A DNA stretch of 64,000 nucleotides from a virus (taxonomy: Duplodnaviria > Caudoviricetes), in the IMG/VR virus record IMGVR_UViG_3300049324_000034, positions 57,539 to 121,538 of that record. The stretch is one strand, 5' to 3'. Both the position numbers and the translations under genes were made by a program. Positions 1 through 9,530 of the stretch are shown here, one piece after another; position 1 is the first letter of the stretch, and each line of letters starts with the position of its first letter. The notes beneath the pieces are model-generated. The model worked only from the letters and a program-made list of their open reading frames with translations, made no database searches and was not told the origin of the DNA.

Positions 1-2
1 TG

Positions 3-320
3 ATAATCCAGTCCGGCCGATGGTTGCGCACCCCCGCCTACGGCAACCTGTTGCGCATCATGCCCGCCGACACCTGGGGCGCCATCTACCTCATCGTGGC
101 GGCTTTACTGATCGGCGGCATCGTTTACCGGAAGTACCACGCTCTCGGCATCGCCGGACATACAGCTGGCTTTGTGCTACTGGCGGTGTGGGAAGTGGGA
201 TTCATAATTCGGTGGATAACAGATCATAATACGACGATCGCCAACGTGCTCTCCTGGGGAATCTTCCTGTCACTGCTCGTGTGGTCTGCGAAGACGGCCG
301 CTCGGCGGCCGAGTCCGTGA
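3..320 (+). CDS. membrane protein, 5'-truncated by window edge
   Basis: Frame is open from base 3; three hydrophobic segments; stop overlaps next GTG (GTGA). Confidence 0.75.
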   Translation: MIQSGRWLRTPAYGNLLRIMPADTWGAIYLIVAALLIGGIVYRKYHALGIAGHTAGFVLLAVWEVGFIIRWITDHNTTIANVLSWGIFLSLLVWSAKTAARRPSP

Positions 321-658
321 ATGCCACAGTCCTCACCACAATAATCGGACTGGCTATCACGGCCATCGGAACGATCCTGTTCCCGCTCTACCTCAATCGC
401 AGCAAGCACACCGAGACCGTCGCCGAACAGGACTCGGTAGACAGTCGCGAAGTAGCAAAGATGTTCAAGGAAGAACGCGACCGGCTCCAGCTCCGCCTCG
501 ACACCATGCAAGCGAACTACGAGCGCCAGATGGCCACCATGGAAGCCGGGTGGCGCTCGCAGCACGACAAGGATCAGGCACAGATCAATGACCTGCGGGC
601 TGAGCTGCAAGGCGTCTACCGCCAGCTCTACCAGCAGCCCCCGCGTCCCGCTCCGTGA
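317..658 (+). CDS. lysis-region membrane protein (N-terminal TM plus coiled coil)
   Basis: GTGA overlap start; VLTTIIGLAITAIGTILFPLYL followed by heptad-rich tail. Confidence 0.75.
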   Translation: MNATVLTTIIGLAITAIGTILFPLYLNRSKHTETVAEQDSVDSREVAKMFKEERDRLQLRLDTMQANYERQMATMEAGWRSQHDKDQAQINDLRAELQGVYRQLYQQPPRPAP

Positions 659-1461
659 ATGCGACGCTCCTGGGGGCACTGCTGCTGGCGGTGTCCCTGG
701 TGAGCGTGGTGATTTATATGAGTGCCCTGGGGCAATTACTGATCGGAACTCGACGGCCCGGACTGGTGCGTACCGCCGTCTGTCGCCTGTTCGCCGCATT
801 GCTCTATGTCGGGGTCGGACTGACCACTTTGCAAACCAGTCAGAACGGACCGCTCATCGGACTGGGAGTATTCACCGTTGTTCAGCTCATGTGGCAAGCC
901 AATTCCGTGGCCGACGTCAGGCTAGCCCGACAGGCGAGAGGTGATCGCATGCCAGACCCACATTTCGACCCACCGGGCGTCACCGATCCAGTGGCGAATT
1001 ACGCTGTGCCATTGCCTCCGGCCGTAGTCGCCGCCGAGATCGACCGGCTGTCGGAGAAGATGAACAAAATAACACGCCGCTTCGACAAGAAGCAGGAGGA
1101 CGAAGCGGGAGAACGTGCCACCCACCAACTTTGGCGCGGTATTGTAGTGTTCGCTGTCATCCTGGGAATATGTGGTCTCATCTTCAGTTTGGTTGTGTTC
1201 GGTCGCGCCGATCGAGCCGACGCACTCGCCCAGCAGAATGCGCAGCTCATCGCCCAGATGCGCTTGACTCAGGATCGCTTGAACCTGTCAGTGCACGAGA
1301 ATTGTGTGCTCTACGGGATACTCTTATCGACCTACAGCACCCGAGCTAAGGCCGCCAGCCCAGGGGGACCGGAAACTTACGACTCCGACTTCCGCAGGGC
1401 TCTCGCCAGCTCGGATCATCTCGGATGCAACTTGACCCCACCGCCGGGGCTGCCAAGCTGA
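655..1461 (+). CDS. multi-pass membrane protein; possible internal start at 949
   Basis: Four hydrophobic segments; GAGGTGAT RBS before in-frame ATG 949. Confidence 0.7.
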   Translation: MNATLLGALLLAVSLVSVVIYMSALGQLLIGTRRPGLVRTAVCRLFAALLYVGVGLTTLQTSQNGPLIGLGVFTVVQLMWQANSVADVRLARQARGDRMPDPHFDPPGVTDPVANYAVPLPPAVVAAEIDRLSEKMNKITRRFDKKQEDEAGERATHQLWRGIVVFAVILGICGLIFSLVVFGRADRADALAQQNAQLIAQMRLTQDRLNLSVHENCVLYGILLSTYSTRAKAASPGGPETYDSDFRRALASSDHLGCNLTPPPGLPS

Positions 1462-1518
1462 CCCACCCTTGCGTCGGGCTCTCGGCGCGTCGCCCCGATA
1501 ACCCGGTGCGCACGCTCG

Positions 1519-1941
1519 ATGATGGCGGGCGTGACCGAAGACCACGCGCAGCACGCTGGAGCCGTCGGGCACGAGCGGCACGGGCACCCGACCGACTCTG
1601 GCCGGTCGCTCATGCAGGAACTACGTCACATCCAGCGGCAGCACCGACACATTGGAGACCTCATGGCTGACGAGCAGACCCAGATCGACCGCCTCAACAC
1701 CGACGTGGGCAACTACGTCACCGCGATGCGTGGGCAGGTTCAGTCCCTGAAGGACCAGCTCGCCACCGTCTCGGGTCAGGTGTCGACCGCAGCGGCCGAC
1801 CAGATGTCCGCTGATGCGCAGGGCCTGTCCGACACCCTGGACAAGCTGGAGGCCGCGTTCGCGCAGGACAACCCCCCGGCCGCTCCGGCTGACCCTGGCA
1901 CCGGTACCGACCCAAACGCCCCGGCCGCCCGCCGTCGGTGA
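1519..1941 (+). CDS. coiled-coil hypothetical protein (start uncertain)
   Basis: High GC3 ORF; GGAG before ATG 1663 suggests an alternative start. Confidence 0.7.
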   Translation: MMAGVTEDHAQHAGAVGHERHGHPTDSGRSLMQELRHIQRQHRHIGDLMADEQTQIDRLNTDVGNYVTAMRGQVQSLKDQLATVSGQVSTAAADQMSADAQGLSDTLDKLEAAFAQDNPPAAPADPGTGTDPNAPAARRR

Positions 1942-2027
1942 TCAGCAAGATCCTGGAGTTCCTGGCGATCAAGAAGTTGATCAATTGGCTTCGCGGTAAG
2001 CCGAAGCCGCCAGCCGACTCCGCATGA
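1938..2027 (+). CDS. 29-aa cationic amphipathic peptide (MISKILEFLAIKKLINWLRGKPKPPADSA)
   Basis: GTGA translational coupling; fills the gap before the hairpin and endolysin. Confidence 0.6.
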   Translation: MISKILEFLAIKKLINWLRGKPKPPADSA

Positions 2028-2031
2028 ACGT

Positions 2032-2067
2032 CCGGTCCGGGGGGACTCCTCGCGCCCCCCGGACCGG
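2032..2067 (+). terminator. 13-bp perfect hairpin upstream of endolysin
   Basis: CCGGTCCGGGGGG-N10-CCCCCCGGACCGG; no U-tract. Confidence 0.55.
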
Positions 2068-2086
2068 CACTTAACGAGGAGGACCC

Positions 2087-3037
2087 ATGCGCCACCCCTA
2101 CCTGGGGAGCGTCCTGTGGTCCGACGTGTCGAAGTACCAGACCTGGGTAGACGACACCTACCCCTACCAGGTGCTCGCCATCCGCAGCAACGACGGCACC
2201 TACCGCGACGACAAGTTCCCCGCCAACCTCGCGTGGTCGAAGTACGCCCTGGACACGAGCCGGCTCCGGGCGCTGATCGACTACGTCGTGTACCGGCCCA
2301 ACTGGCAACAGACCCTCGACACGCTCAAGGCGATGGTCGGCACCCCGGATCCCCGCATGGCCGTCATGGTCGATGTGGAGTCCTGGAGTGGCCAGATCAA
2401 AGGTGACCAGTCGGTTGGGGTGAACAACCTGGTCAACGGGCTGGCCGCCTGGCTCGGCGACAACCGCAAGGTCATCGGCTACGGCAACACCGGAGACCTG
2501 AACAGCCTATGGCCCCGCAAGCCCACCGGAATGCGCCTGATCATCGCCGCCTACGGGTCGAACCCGGACTACCCCGGCAAGCTGGGCCACCAGTTCACCG
2601 ACGGCGTCACGAAAGATCACCTACTCGTGCCCCCGTTCGGCTACGCCGACGTCAACTCAGCCGACGGCTACGACATCGACTCATTCTGCACCGCGCTGGG
2701 GATCGGTAACCCGCCCACGTTAGGAGAAGACATGCCCGCCAACGAATGGGCCACCAGCACTACCCCACAGCAACACGCGGCGTGCTACCCGATCGGTGCG
2801 AAGGTCTCCAGTCTGACCGCCCAGGGCTGGCTGAGCATCTTCCCCAGCACCGACGCCGACATTCACGCCGACATCTACGGGGGTGGCCGGATCCTGGCCA
2901 CCTTCACGGAGAAGGCCGCCGGGGTCAACAGATGGTGGAAAGAGCTGCCAGACGGCACGGAGGGGGCGCTGGTGACGATCTCGACGAAGGTGCCCGGTGT
3001 AGCCGGCTGGTGTTTGGAACTGAAGCCGAAACCGTGA
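2087..3037 (+). CDS. endolysin (lysin A, GH25-like muramidase domain plus C-terminal domain)
   Basis: WSDVSKYQ...YPYQVLAIRSNDGTYRD...MVDVESW resembles actinophage LysA GH25-type domains; GAGGAGG RBS; adjacent to holin. Confidence 0.85.
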   Translation: MRHPYLGSVLWSDVSKYQTWVDDTYPYQVLAIRSNDGTYRDDKFPANLAWSKYALDTSRLRALIDYVVYRPNWQQTLDTLKAMVGTPDPRMAVMVDVESWSGQIKGDQSVGVNNLVNGLAAWLGDNRKVIGYGNTGDLNSLWPRKPTGMRLIIAAYGSNPDYPGKLGHQFTDGVTKDHLLVPPFGYADVNSADGYDIDSFCTALGIGNPPTLGEDMPANEWATSTTPQQHAACYPIGAKVSSLTAQGWLSIFPSTDADIHADIYGGGRILATFTEKAAGVNRWWKELPDGTEGALVTISTKVPGVAGWCLELKPKP

Positions 3038-3048
3038 GGGGAAAGTAG

Positions 3049-3414
3049 ATGCTGAAGATCTTCGGGCGCGAGCCCGCGCAGTGGGCGCACCTGCTGGGTG
3101 GCCTGCTGATGATGCTGGTGCCCATCCTGCACCTGACCCCCGACCTGACCGGTGCCGTCCTGGCCGTCATCGCCGCCGGATCCGGGATCCTCACCGCCGC
3201 CACGGCCGGTGCTGAGAAGGCCGCCCCGCTGGTCGCCGGCCTGATCAAAGCACTGCTCGCGGTTGCGATCGCCGTGCACTTCGACCTCTCGCCCGAGGTC
3301 CAAGCCGGGATCATGGTGTTCGTCGAGGCCACTGTCGGCTTCTACCTGCGCACCCAGATCGTCGCCCCGGTCGCTCCCGCTCCCGTACCTGTGGCGGCAC
3401 CGCAAGCGATATGA
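3049..3414 (+). CDS. holin
   Basis: KIFGREPA N-terminus typical of actinophage holins; four TM segments; directly after lysin. Confidence 0.8.
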   Translation: MLKIFGREPAQWAHLLGGLLMMLVPILHLTPDLTGAVLAVIAAGSGILTAATAGAEKAAPLVAGLIKALLAVAIAVHFDLSPEVQAGIMVFVEATVGFYLRTQIVAPVAPAPVPVAAPQAI

Positions 3415-3767
3415 GCCGGCCGAGCCTGAAGCAGGGGACATCGCGGACGGTCCGCGCTTTCAACATCGTTGATGGCGCGGATCAGCCGCTGACTGTCACC
3501 GGCTGGCTTGTCCACGGGGTCGCCCGCGCCGACAACGATGAGGGCCCGGTGCTCGCCGAATGGTCGGACACCCCCACAGGTTTCCAGGGCCGGGCGACCG
3601 CGTCGGGGCGCACGGTGAACCTGTTCATCACCCCGGCGATGTCACTGGCCTGGGTTTGTGATCGCGTCGTCATCCAGGCGAAGATCACCAATCCACTCGA
3701 CGCCACGCAGGTGGAACGGATCATCGACGTGGTCTACGACTTCGACCGGGAGGTCATCCCCGCATGA
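3411..3767 (+). CDS. hypothetical virion-associated protein
   Basis: ATGA overlap; beta-rich 118 aa. Confidence 0.7.
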   Translation: MSRPSLKQGTSRTVRAFNIVDGADQPLTVTGWLVHGVARADNDEGPVLAEWSDTPTGFQGRATASGRTVNLFITPAMSLAWVCDRVVIQAKITNPLDATQVERIIDVVYDFDREVIPA

Positions 3768-4066
3768 CACAGGGACTCGTGCTGCACCGTGACTGGGTGT
3801 GCGCCAAAGACTGCGGCAGCTCCGCACGCACCTACGACTCCGCCCTGCCCCACCACCCGTGCAAGGCCATGGCCGGACTCATGGTGCCCCTGATCCTCGC
3901 GGGCACGAAAGCCAAGGTCGAAGCACAGCCCAGGCAGGACTACGTCGGCAAAGAGATCGTGCAGCGCGACGCCGACGGCAAGGTTTGGATGTCCACGGTT
4001 GTCACCAGGGATGAGGGTCAGGACTGCTCTGTCTACGCCCCCACCGCACTAGGTAAGAGGGAGTAG
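3764..4066 (+). CDS. hypothetical protein (Cys/His, possible Zn-binding)
   Basis: ATGA overlap; CAKDC...HHPC. Confidence 0.7.
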   Translation: MTQGLVLHRDWVCAKDCGSSARTYDSALPHHPCKAMAGLMVPLILAGTKAKVEAQPRQDYVGKEIVQRDADGKVWMSTVVTRDEGQDCSVYAPTALGKRE

Positions 4067-4068
4067 CA

Positions 4069-4380
4069 GTGACCGAGCAAGAGATCGAGCAGCAGCGGCG
4101 TGAGGACGTCGCCGCTGTTGACCTGCATGTGCGGGAGGTCGCCGCCGCGCAGGAGCGGGTCAACGGGGCCGCCGACAAGGTCGAGAAGTTCACTGATCAC
4201 CTCAAGAATCTCAAAGAAGATCTGCGGGCAGCGAAGGCGAACCTCGCGGTCGAAGAGGAGATCCTGACGAAGGTCCGCAAGCGCGCCGCTGACGTTCTCG
4301 CCGAAGGCCCGGTCTCCATCAGTGGCGAAATGGTGTACGCGGTCGCCGAGACCGCCCACGGCCTGGGGAGCGTGAACTGA
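4069..4380 (+). CDS. coiled-coil hypothetical protein
   Basis: GAGGGAG RBS; TGATG overlap with next gene. Confidence 0.7.
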   Translation: MTEQEIEQQRREDVAAVDLHVREVAAAQERVNGAADKVEKFTDHLKNLKEDLRAAKANLAVEEEILTKVRKRAADVLAEGPVSISGEMVYAVAETAHGLGSVN

Positions 4381-4850
4381 TGGCGTTCACCGCCAGCCAC
4401 ATCAACCGTTCATACCTCGCGGATGTCCTCGACAACACCACCGCACTGGATCTCGGGTCGGACGCTTTCAAGGCCGCCCTGTTCGGCAACACGGGCACCC
4501 CGGATGAGAACGCCACCTCCGCCAACACCGCGTTCGGCGTCGGCCAGTGGGTCACCGGTAACGAGATCTCCCAAGCCGGCCAGTGGCCCACGGGTGGCGT
4601 CGCCCTGACCAGCCCATCACTGAACTCGGGCACGTCGGATGTGGTGTTCTTTACCGCCTCGAACACTGCTTCCGGTGCGGCGGCGACCCTGGCGAACATC
4701 TACGGCGTCATGGTCTACGACACCACCGTGGCAACGCCGGTCGCCAGCCAAGGGATCTGTTTCAACTACTACGGCGGCCCCAACTCCGTCACCAACGGCA
4801 CCTTCACCTCCGTATGGGCAGGTACCGGCATCGCGCGGTTCACTCTCTAG
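4380..4850 (+). CDS. minor tail / tail-fibre-associated protein
   Basis: DLGSDAFKAALF...GGVALT...VTNGTFT pattern common to small proteins preceding phage fibre genes. Confidence 0.7.
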   Translation: MAFTASHINRSYLADVLDNTTALDLGSDAFKAALFGNTGTPDENATSANTAFGVGQWVTGNEISQAGQWPTGGVALTSPSLNSGTSDVVFFTASNTASGAAATLANIYGVMVYDTTVATPVASQGICFNYYGGPNSVTNGTFTSVWAGTGIARFTL

Positions 4851-4884
4851 GCGTTTGCTTGGGCTAACGGGATAGGAGCTGTGG

Positions 4885-7800
4885 GTGGCGACACGGCTCT
4901 ATTTCAACAACACCACAGCCCCCTATACCCCGCCCACCATTCGGGGCACCTGGAGCACTACCGCTAGCGCAGTCACAAAGTTGCTGGGCGCGGTACACGA
5001 CACGGGTGCGCCAGCCACGGTCGCCATCGCTGAAGCGGTCACCACTAACCCCTACAACGTGCTGTGGGGAAGATGGGTCTCCGCACCAGCGGTAGCCGCA
5101 GGGAACCTCTCCGGCGTCGTCTCCTGGGCTGTCGGTGTCAAGGAATCGAGCCTTAGCGCCAACGATTTCCTGCGCATTCACATTTACGTCACTACCGGTA
5201 GCACCGACACCCCGCGCGGCACGCTGCTCACCAACCTCACCGACACGGTCGAGTTCACCACCACTGCCGCTGGCATCTCCGCCCTCGACAAAGCGATCAG
5301 CACCGTGGCCGTGCAGGTCGGTGACCGTGTCGTCGTAGAGATCGGCTACCAGGCGCAGAACACCGTCACCACGCCGTTCACCGGCACCATGAACTACGGC
5401 GGCAACCAGTTCTTTCGGGACCTGCTCGCCAACGGCGCCGGAGCACGCGGCACCGACCCCGCTACCCGCTTTGGCTGGGTGCAGTTCTCCGACCCGAACA
5501 ACGTGCTCGCCGCCGCCCCGGTCGCCGCCGCGAACCGCTGTTGGAATCCGTCAGCGAAGACCTTCCAGGACTTCTGGTCAACGGCGGCCGGGACCACGGT
5601 CACCTCACCCCCTCAGACCGGCTTCAGCCGCACCACCGGGCTGCACGTCGTCGTCGGAACCGCCGGGGACCCGAACGTCAACCTCCCCGTAGTCCCGGCA
5701 GGCGTCGGGGAGACGTGGTCGATCTCCGTCCAGGCCAAGGGGTCGATCACTGCCGGGAACACCACAACCTGTTGGCTGAACTTCACTGACGCAAACGGGA
5801 GCTTCCTCACCCCGAACCCTTCCCAGAACATCACGCTATCCAGCACTGCACAAACAATCACGTTCAACAATTACACCGCGCCCGCCAACACCGCCTATGT
5901 CGGAATGTCCATCGAGGGCACCGCTGCGGTCGGCGACACTTTCGACGTCACCTGCGCCTATTACGACATTGTCAGTGCCGTACCGGGCTATAACGATGGC
6001 GATTCCACGCTGTGGTCCTGGGACAATGGCCTCACTGACGGTGACTCGGCATCGCGCGCCCTGCCGGCGACCAACGCCAGCGCACCCACGGCCACCGCGA
6101 CAGCAGCGGCGAACAACCCGAGCACCACTGTCGCTCCCGCCGCCCCGAGCGCCACCAGCGCCGCCAGTGCGCCGGCCCCGGCCGCCAGCGTCCGAGCCAA
6201 CCCCACGACAGCGGCCAGCGCGGCCAGCGCCCCCGTCCCGTCGGTGTCAGTGGCCGCCAATGCGATCACTGCCACCGCTGTAGGCAGCGCCCCCGCCCCG
6301 TCAGTGGCGGTGCTGGGCAACGCGGTCACCTCGACCGCAGTGGGCACCGCCCCGGCCCCCAGCGTGTCGACCAGTGTCAGCGCCACAGCCGCCACCGCCA
6401 CGGCCACGGCGGCAGCCCTGGGCGCCACCGGCAAGGTCTCGCCCACACCGGGGGTCGCCACTACGGCGGGCAGCGCCCCAACCCCGTCGGTGGCGGTCAC
6501 CGCACCCGCCGGGCTCGCCACCGTCACGGGCAGCGCGCCGCCACCGGCCGCCAGCGTGGCCCCCAGTCCGTCCAGCGCCACGGTCCTGGGCACCGCCCCG
6601 GCACCGGGGGCCAGTGCGACCTCCGGCCCGGCCACGGCCACCGCAGTGGTCAGTGCGCCGGCACCGGGGGTCAGCGTCGCCCCCACGGCCCCGACCGCGA
6701 CCAGTGCGGGCAGCGCACCCGGCGTCACTGGCAAGACCAGCCCGAGCGCCAGCGTCGCCACCGCAGTGGGCAGCGCGCCGGCCCCGGCCGCCAGCGTGGC
6801 CCCCTGCCCCACTACCGCGACCAGTGCGGGCAGTGCACCGCCACCAGTGGCCAGCGTGGCGGTCACCCCCGGCACGGCGACCAGTGCGGGCAGTGCCCCC
6901 AACGCGGCCGGGGTGGTCGCCGTGGTTGGGCTCGCCGCCACCGCCACCGCAGCGGGCAGCGCGCCAGCGCCCACACCCCGGATCCAGCCGACCGCGCCGG
7001 CTGCGATCGCCAGCGGTAGCGCCCCGACGCCGGCCGCACAGATCGCCCCCACCGCCCCCACAGCGACAGCGGCGGGTACAGCGCCGGAACCCGGCGCCAG
7101 CTCGGCAGCGGGCCCCACAACGGCCACCGTGACCGCCACCGCGCCCACCCCATCCACCGACGTCACCACCGGGGCGCCCACCGCCACCGCAACGGGCACC
7201 GCCCCGGACGCTGTGGGGTCCAGTGCGTCGCACACCGACGCCACCCCGGCCACTGCCACCGCCACCGCCCTGGCGCCCGACGCGTCGGTCACGGTCGCCT
7301 CTACACCGGGCACGGCCCTCGCCGCCGGTAGCGCCTTGAATACCGCTACTGAAGTAGCGGTCAGCGCACCAACAGCGGCCAGCGCGGGCAGTGCGCCGGC
7401 ACCGACGGGCCGTGTCGAAGTCTTCGCTGGCGCGGCCACCGCCACCGCAGCGGGCAGCGCCCCGGCGCCCACCCCGGCCATAACCTCCAGCCCGGCCACC
7501 GCCACCGCAGCGGGCAGCGCCCCCGCGCCGTTCGGTGCGGTCGACGGCCAGAACGTCAACGCCACCGCCCAAACCGCCATCGCGGTGGGCAGTGCACCCA
7601 TGCCGGGCGTGTCCATCACGTCAGCGGTGTTCGCCGCCACTGCCACCGCTGCGGGCAGCGCGCCGGCACCCACGAGCCGGGTGACGGCTAGTGCGGGCAC
7701 CGCCACCGCCACCGCCACGGCGCTCTCGCCGACGGTGCGGGTCGCCCCGCAGGCCAGTCCAGCGGTCAGCGTGGGCACCGCGCCAGGGGTCATCGGATCC

Positions 7801-8184
7801 ACCGCCGCCCTGACTTTCGCCCAAACCGCGACCGCCACCGGCAGTGCCCCGACACCGTCCCCGTCAGTGGCGGCCAACGCGGGGCTCGCCGCTGTGACCG
7901 GGGTGGCGGCCCGGCCGTCGGGCCGGGTGGTGGTCGGCGCTCCAACAGCTGTCGCGGTGGGCAGTGCCCCGGCACCGTTCCCGTCGGTGACCTTCGTCTG
8001 GCCGCCCAGCGCGGGCGCCCTGGGGGTCACTGAGCTGGCCGCCGGGGTGCTCGTGCTGGCGACGATTGCCGCCGCTACCGTGGAAGTCGCGGTCACCGCA
8101 GACAGTGAAGATGATCTAGTTGGGGTGGCCAGTGCGAATACCGCAGTCATTGGGGTGGCTACCGGCACGCCGGGAACCGAGTAG
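4885..8184 (+). CDS. large tail-fibre / minor tail protein with Ala-Thr-Pro repeats
   Basis: 1099 aa; beta-rich N-terminal domains, then about 30 units resembling TATAAGSAPAP. Confidence 0.75.
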   Translation: MATRLYFNNTTAPYTPPTIRGTWSTTASAVTKLLGAVHDTGAPATVAIAEAVTTNPYNVLWGRWVSAPAVAAGNLSGVVSWAVGVKESSLSANDFLRIHIYVTTGSTDTPRGTLLTNLTDTVEFTTTAAGISALDKAISTVAVQVGDRVVVEIGYQAQNTVTTPFTGTMNYGGNQFFRDLLANGAGARGTDPATRFGWVQFSDPNNVLAAAPVAAANRCWNPSAKTFQDFWSTAAGTTVTSPPQTGFSRTTGLHVVVGTAGDPNVNLPVVPAGVGETWSISVQAKGSITAGNTTTCWLNFTDANGSFLTPNPSQNITLSSTAQTITFNNYTAPANTAYVGMSIEGTAAVGDTFDVTCAYYDIVSAVPGYNDGDSTLWSWDNGLTDGDSASRALPATNASAPTATATAAANNPSTTVAPAAPSATSAASAPAPAASVRANPTTAASAASAPVPSVSVAANAITATAVGSAPAPSVAVLGNAVTSTAVGTAPAPSVSTSVSATAATATATAAALGATGKVSPTPGVATTAGSAPTPSVAVTAPAGLATVTGSAPPPAASVAPSPSSATVLGTAPAPGASATSGPATATAVVSAPAPGVSVAPTAPTATSAGSAPGVTGKTSPSASVATAVGSAPAPAASVAPCPTTATSAGSAPPPVASVAVTPGTATSAGSAPNAAGVVAVVGLAATATAAGSAPAPTPRIQPTAPAAIASGSAPTPAAQIAPTAPTATAAGTAPEPGASSAAGPTTATVTATAPTPSTDVTTGAPTATATGTAPDAVGSSASHTDATPATATATALAPDASVTVASTPGTALAAGSALNTATEVAVSAPTAASAGSAPAPTGRVEVFAGAATATAAGSAPAPTPAITSSPATATAAGSAPAPFGAVDGQNVNATAQTAIAVGSAPMPGVSITSAVFAATATAAGSAPAPTSRVTASAGTATATATALSPTVRVAPQASPAVSVGTAPGVIGSTAALTFAQTATATGSAPTPSPSVAANAGLAAVTGVAARPSGRVVVGAPTAVAVGSAPAPFPSVTFVWPPSAGALGVTELAAGVLVLATIAAATVEVAVTADSEDDLVGVASANTAVIGVATGTPGTE
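6070..7990 (+). repeat. degenerate ~60-bp coding tandem repeat
   Basis: Recurrent GCCACCGCAGCGGGCAGCGCCCCGGC-like units. Confidence 0.8.
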
Positions 8185-8191
8185 GGGGGAC

Positions 8192-8545
8192 GTGGCCAAG
8201 CACAGTCTGTTAGAGCCCGAGCAGCCCCGTAAGCGGGACAGACTGGTGTGCATCTACCTGGGGGAACCGAGCAGTGCCGAGTCGGCCGTGCGGGAGTGCC
8301 GCGTGCAGAGCCCACCGTGCGGGGCGCAGGTGCAAGTACCGCTGCTGATGGTGCCGTTCATCGAGTCCGGGGAACTGGTCGCCTCCTGCCGGCGCTGCAA
8401 CGCCGGCCGGCCGCTGAAAATGCACCCGCACGAAATGGCCCATCTGGAGAAGCGGGGACTCCTGGGAGCCGCGCAGAATCGCCTCACGGAGATCAATGAG
8501 GAGTTGGGTTGCCCACCGGACCCTGACCCGCTTACGGCTCAGTGA
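8192..8545 (+). CDS. Zn-ribbon hypothetical protein
   Basis: GGGGGA RBS; C...PPCG and CRRC motifs. Confidence 0.6.
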   Translation: MAKHSLLEPEQPRKRDRLVCIYLGEPSSAESAVRECRVQSPPCGAQVQVPLLMVPFIESGELVASCRRCNAGRPLKMHPHEMAHLEKRGLLGAAQNRLTEINEELGCPPDPDPLTAQ

Positions 8546-9116
8546 CCGTGCGGGCTGCCAGCCTGATCTCCGGGGCGCGGGCAGTGAACCAGTCGGCGTG
8601 GTCGCGCATCATGTGTTCGCGCACCGCCGGCCACGAGTAGAGCAGCCGGGGCGTCGGCGAGTTGACCTCCATGATCGCCACAGGCGGGGGGAATCCCGCT
8701 TCGAGCTTCCAGCGGTGCAGCGTCGTCACGGGCACGGTGGACACCCGCGACATCCCGTGCAGCGACACGGCCTGGATCTTGATCGCACCGGCCCGGTCGA
8801 CCGTGGGCAGGTTCGCGAACTCCTCACGCACGTTGTGTCGCGCGGCGACCTGATTGTGGTAGTCGGCGACCTGATCGGGGTGCCACAGGGGCACGCCTTC
8901 GAGGTCCCAGCGGGGCCGGGCGATCTGGCGCATCCGGGAACGCTCACCCGTGTAGGCCGTGGACAGCATGGCGGTGAGGATGTGGGCGGTGGATACCCCG
9001 ATCTGGGCGGCCACCTCACCGATGGGTAGTGCGTCGAGAGGGTAGGTGCTCACCTGCTCGGCTTCGGCGCGCCAGCGTGGCCGCGTGGGCTTTGGGTTGG
9101 TCACGGCAACGGTCAC
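8532..9116 (-). CDS. DNA-binding protein (HTH, AlpA/excisionase-like repeats)
   Basis: IGEVAAQIGVSTAHI and VPVTTLHRWKLEAGFPPP motifs; GTGA overlap. Confidence 0.65.
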   Translation of the reverse strand: MTVAVTNPKPTRPRWRAEAEQVSTYPLDALPIGEVAAQIGVSTAHILTAMLSTAYTGERSRMRQIARPRWDLEGVPLWHPDQVADYHNQVAARHNVREEFANLPTVDRAGAIKIQAVSLHGMSRVSTVPVTTLHRWKLEAGFPPPVAIMEVNSPTPRLLYSWPAVREHMMRDHADWFTARAPEIRLAARTVTEP

Positions 9117-9511
9117 CTGTCCCCCTCGTTTCTCTGTCGCTCGGACTCCATGGAAGCGGAGCACCAGGCGAGCCCGGTGTGCCACGCACTGTCGGGGCCG
9201 ACCATGCCGGCGACGACGAGCTGGTCGGCGTGACCAACGACTACGACGGAGACAGCGCCAGGACGGGCGAACAGAGACATGCGGGCGCCCTTGCCACCTT
9301 CGGGGTCCTGCTCTAGTCGGTAGCGGGCGTCCTGGGCGAGTTGGGGATCGTAGGTGGGCACGATCAGTGCGTCGGGGTTGGCGGCGGCGAGTATGGCGTC
9401 TACCAGCTTCGCCAGGTCGACGATGGGCTGGTCGTCGTTGACTCCCTCGACGACGGGCGAGGATGCGAGCACTTCACGCGCCGCCCGAATGGCGGCAGGT
9501 CGATCTAGCAT
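9113..9511 (-). CDS. hypothetical protein
   Basis: AAGGGAG RBS; promoter motif upstream. Confidence 0.7.
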   Translation of the reverse strand: MLDRPAAIRAAREVLASSPVVEGVNDDQPIVDLAKLVDAILAAANPDALIVPTYDPQLAQDARYRLEQDPEGGKGARMSLFARPGAVSVVVVGHADQLVVAGMVGPDSAWHTGLAWCSASMESERQRNEGDR

Positions 9512-9530
9512 GCGGACTCCCTTCGGTAGA

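Noticed and set aside
2706-2733. GTAAC-N17-AGACAT inside the endolysin as a sixth ECF promoter
   Set aside because: The -10 lacks the conserved C and overlaps the internal RBS/ATG, so it could not transcribe that start; probably chance.
6070-7990. CRISPR array or DGR template/variable repeats
   Set aside because: The repeats are in-frame, degenerate and protein-driven; no unique spacers and no reverse transcriptase.
5988-8315. 775-aa minus-strand ORF
   Set aside because: Antisense shadow of the GC-rich repeat fibre gene; no RBS or independent features.
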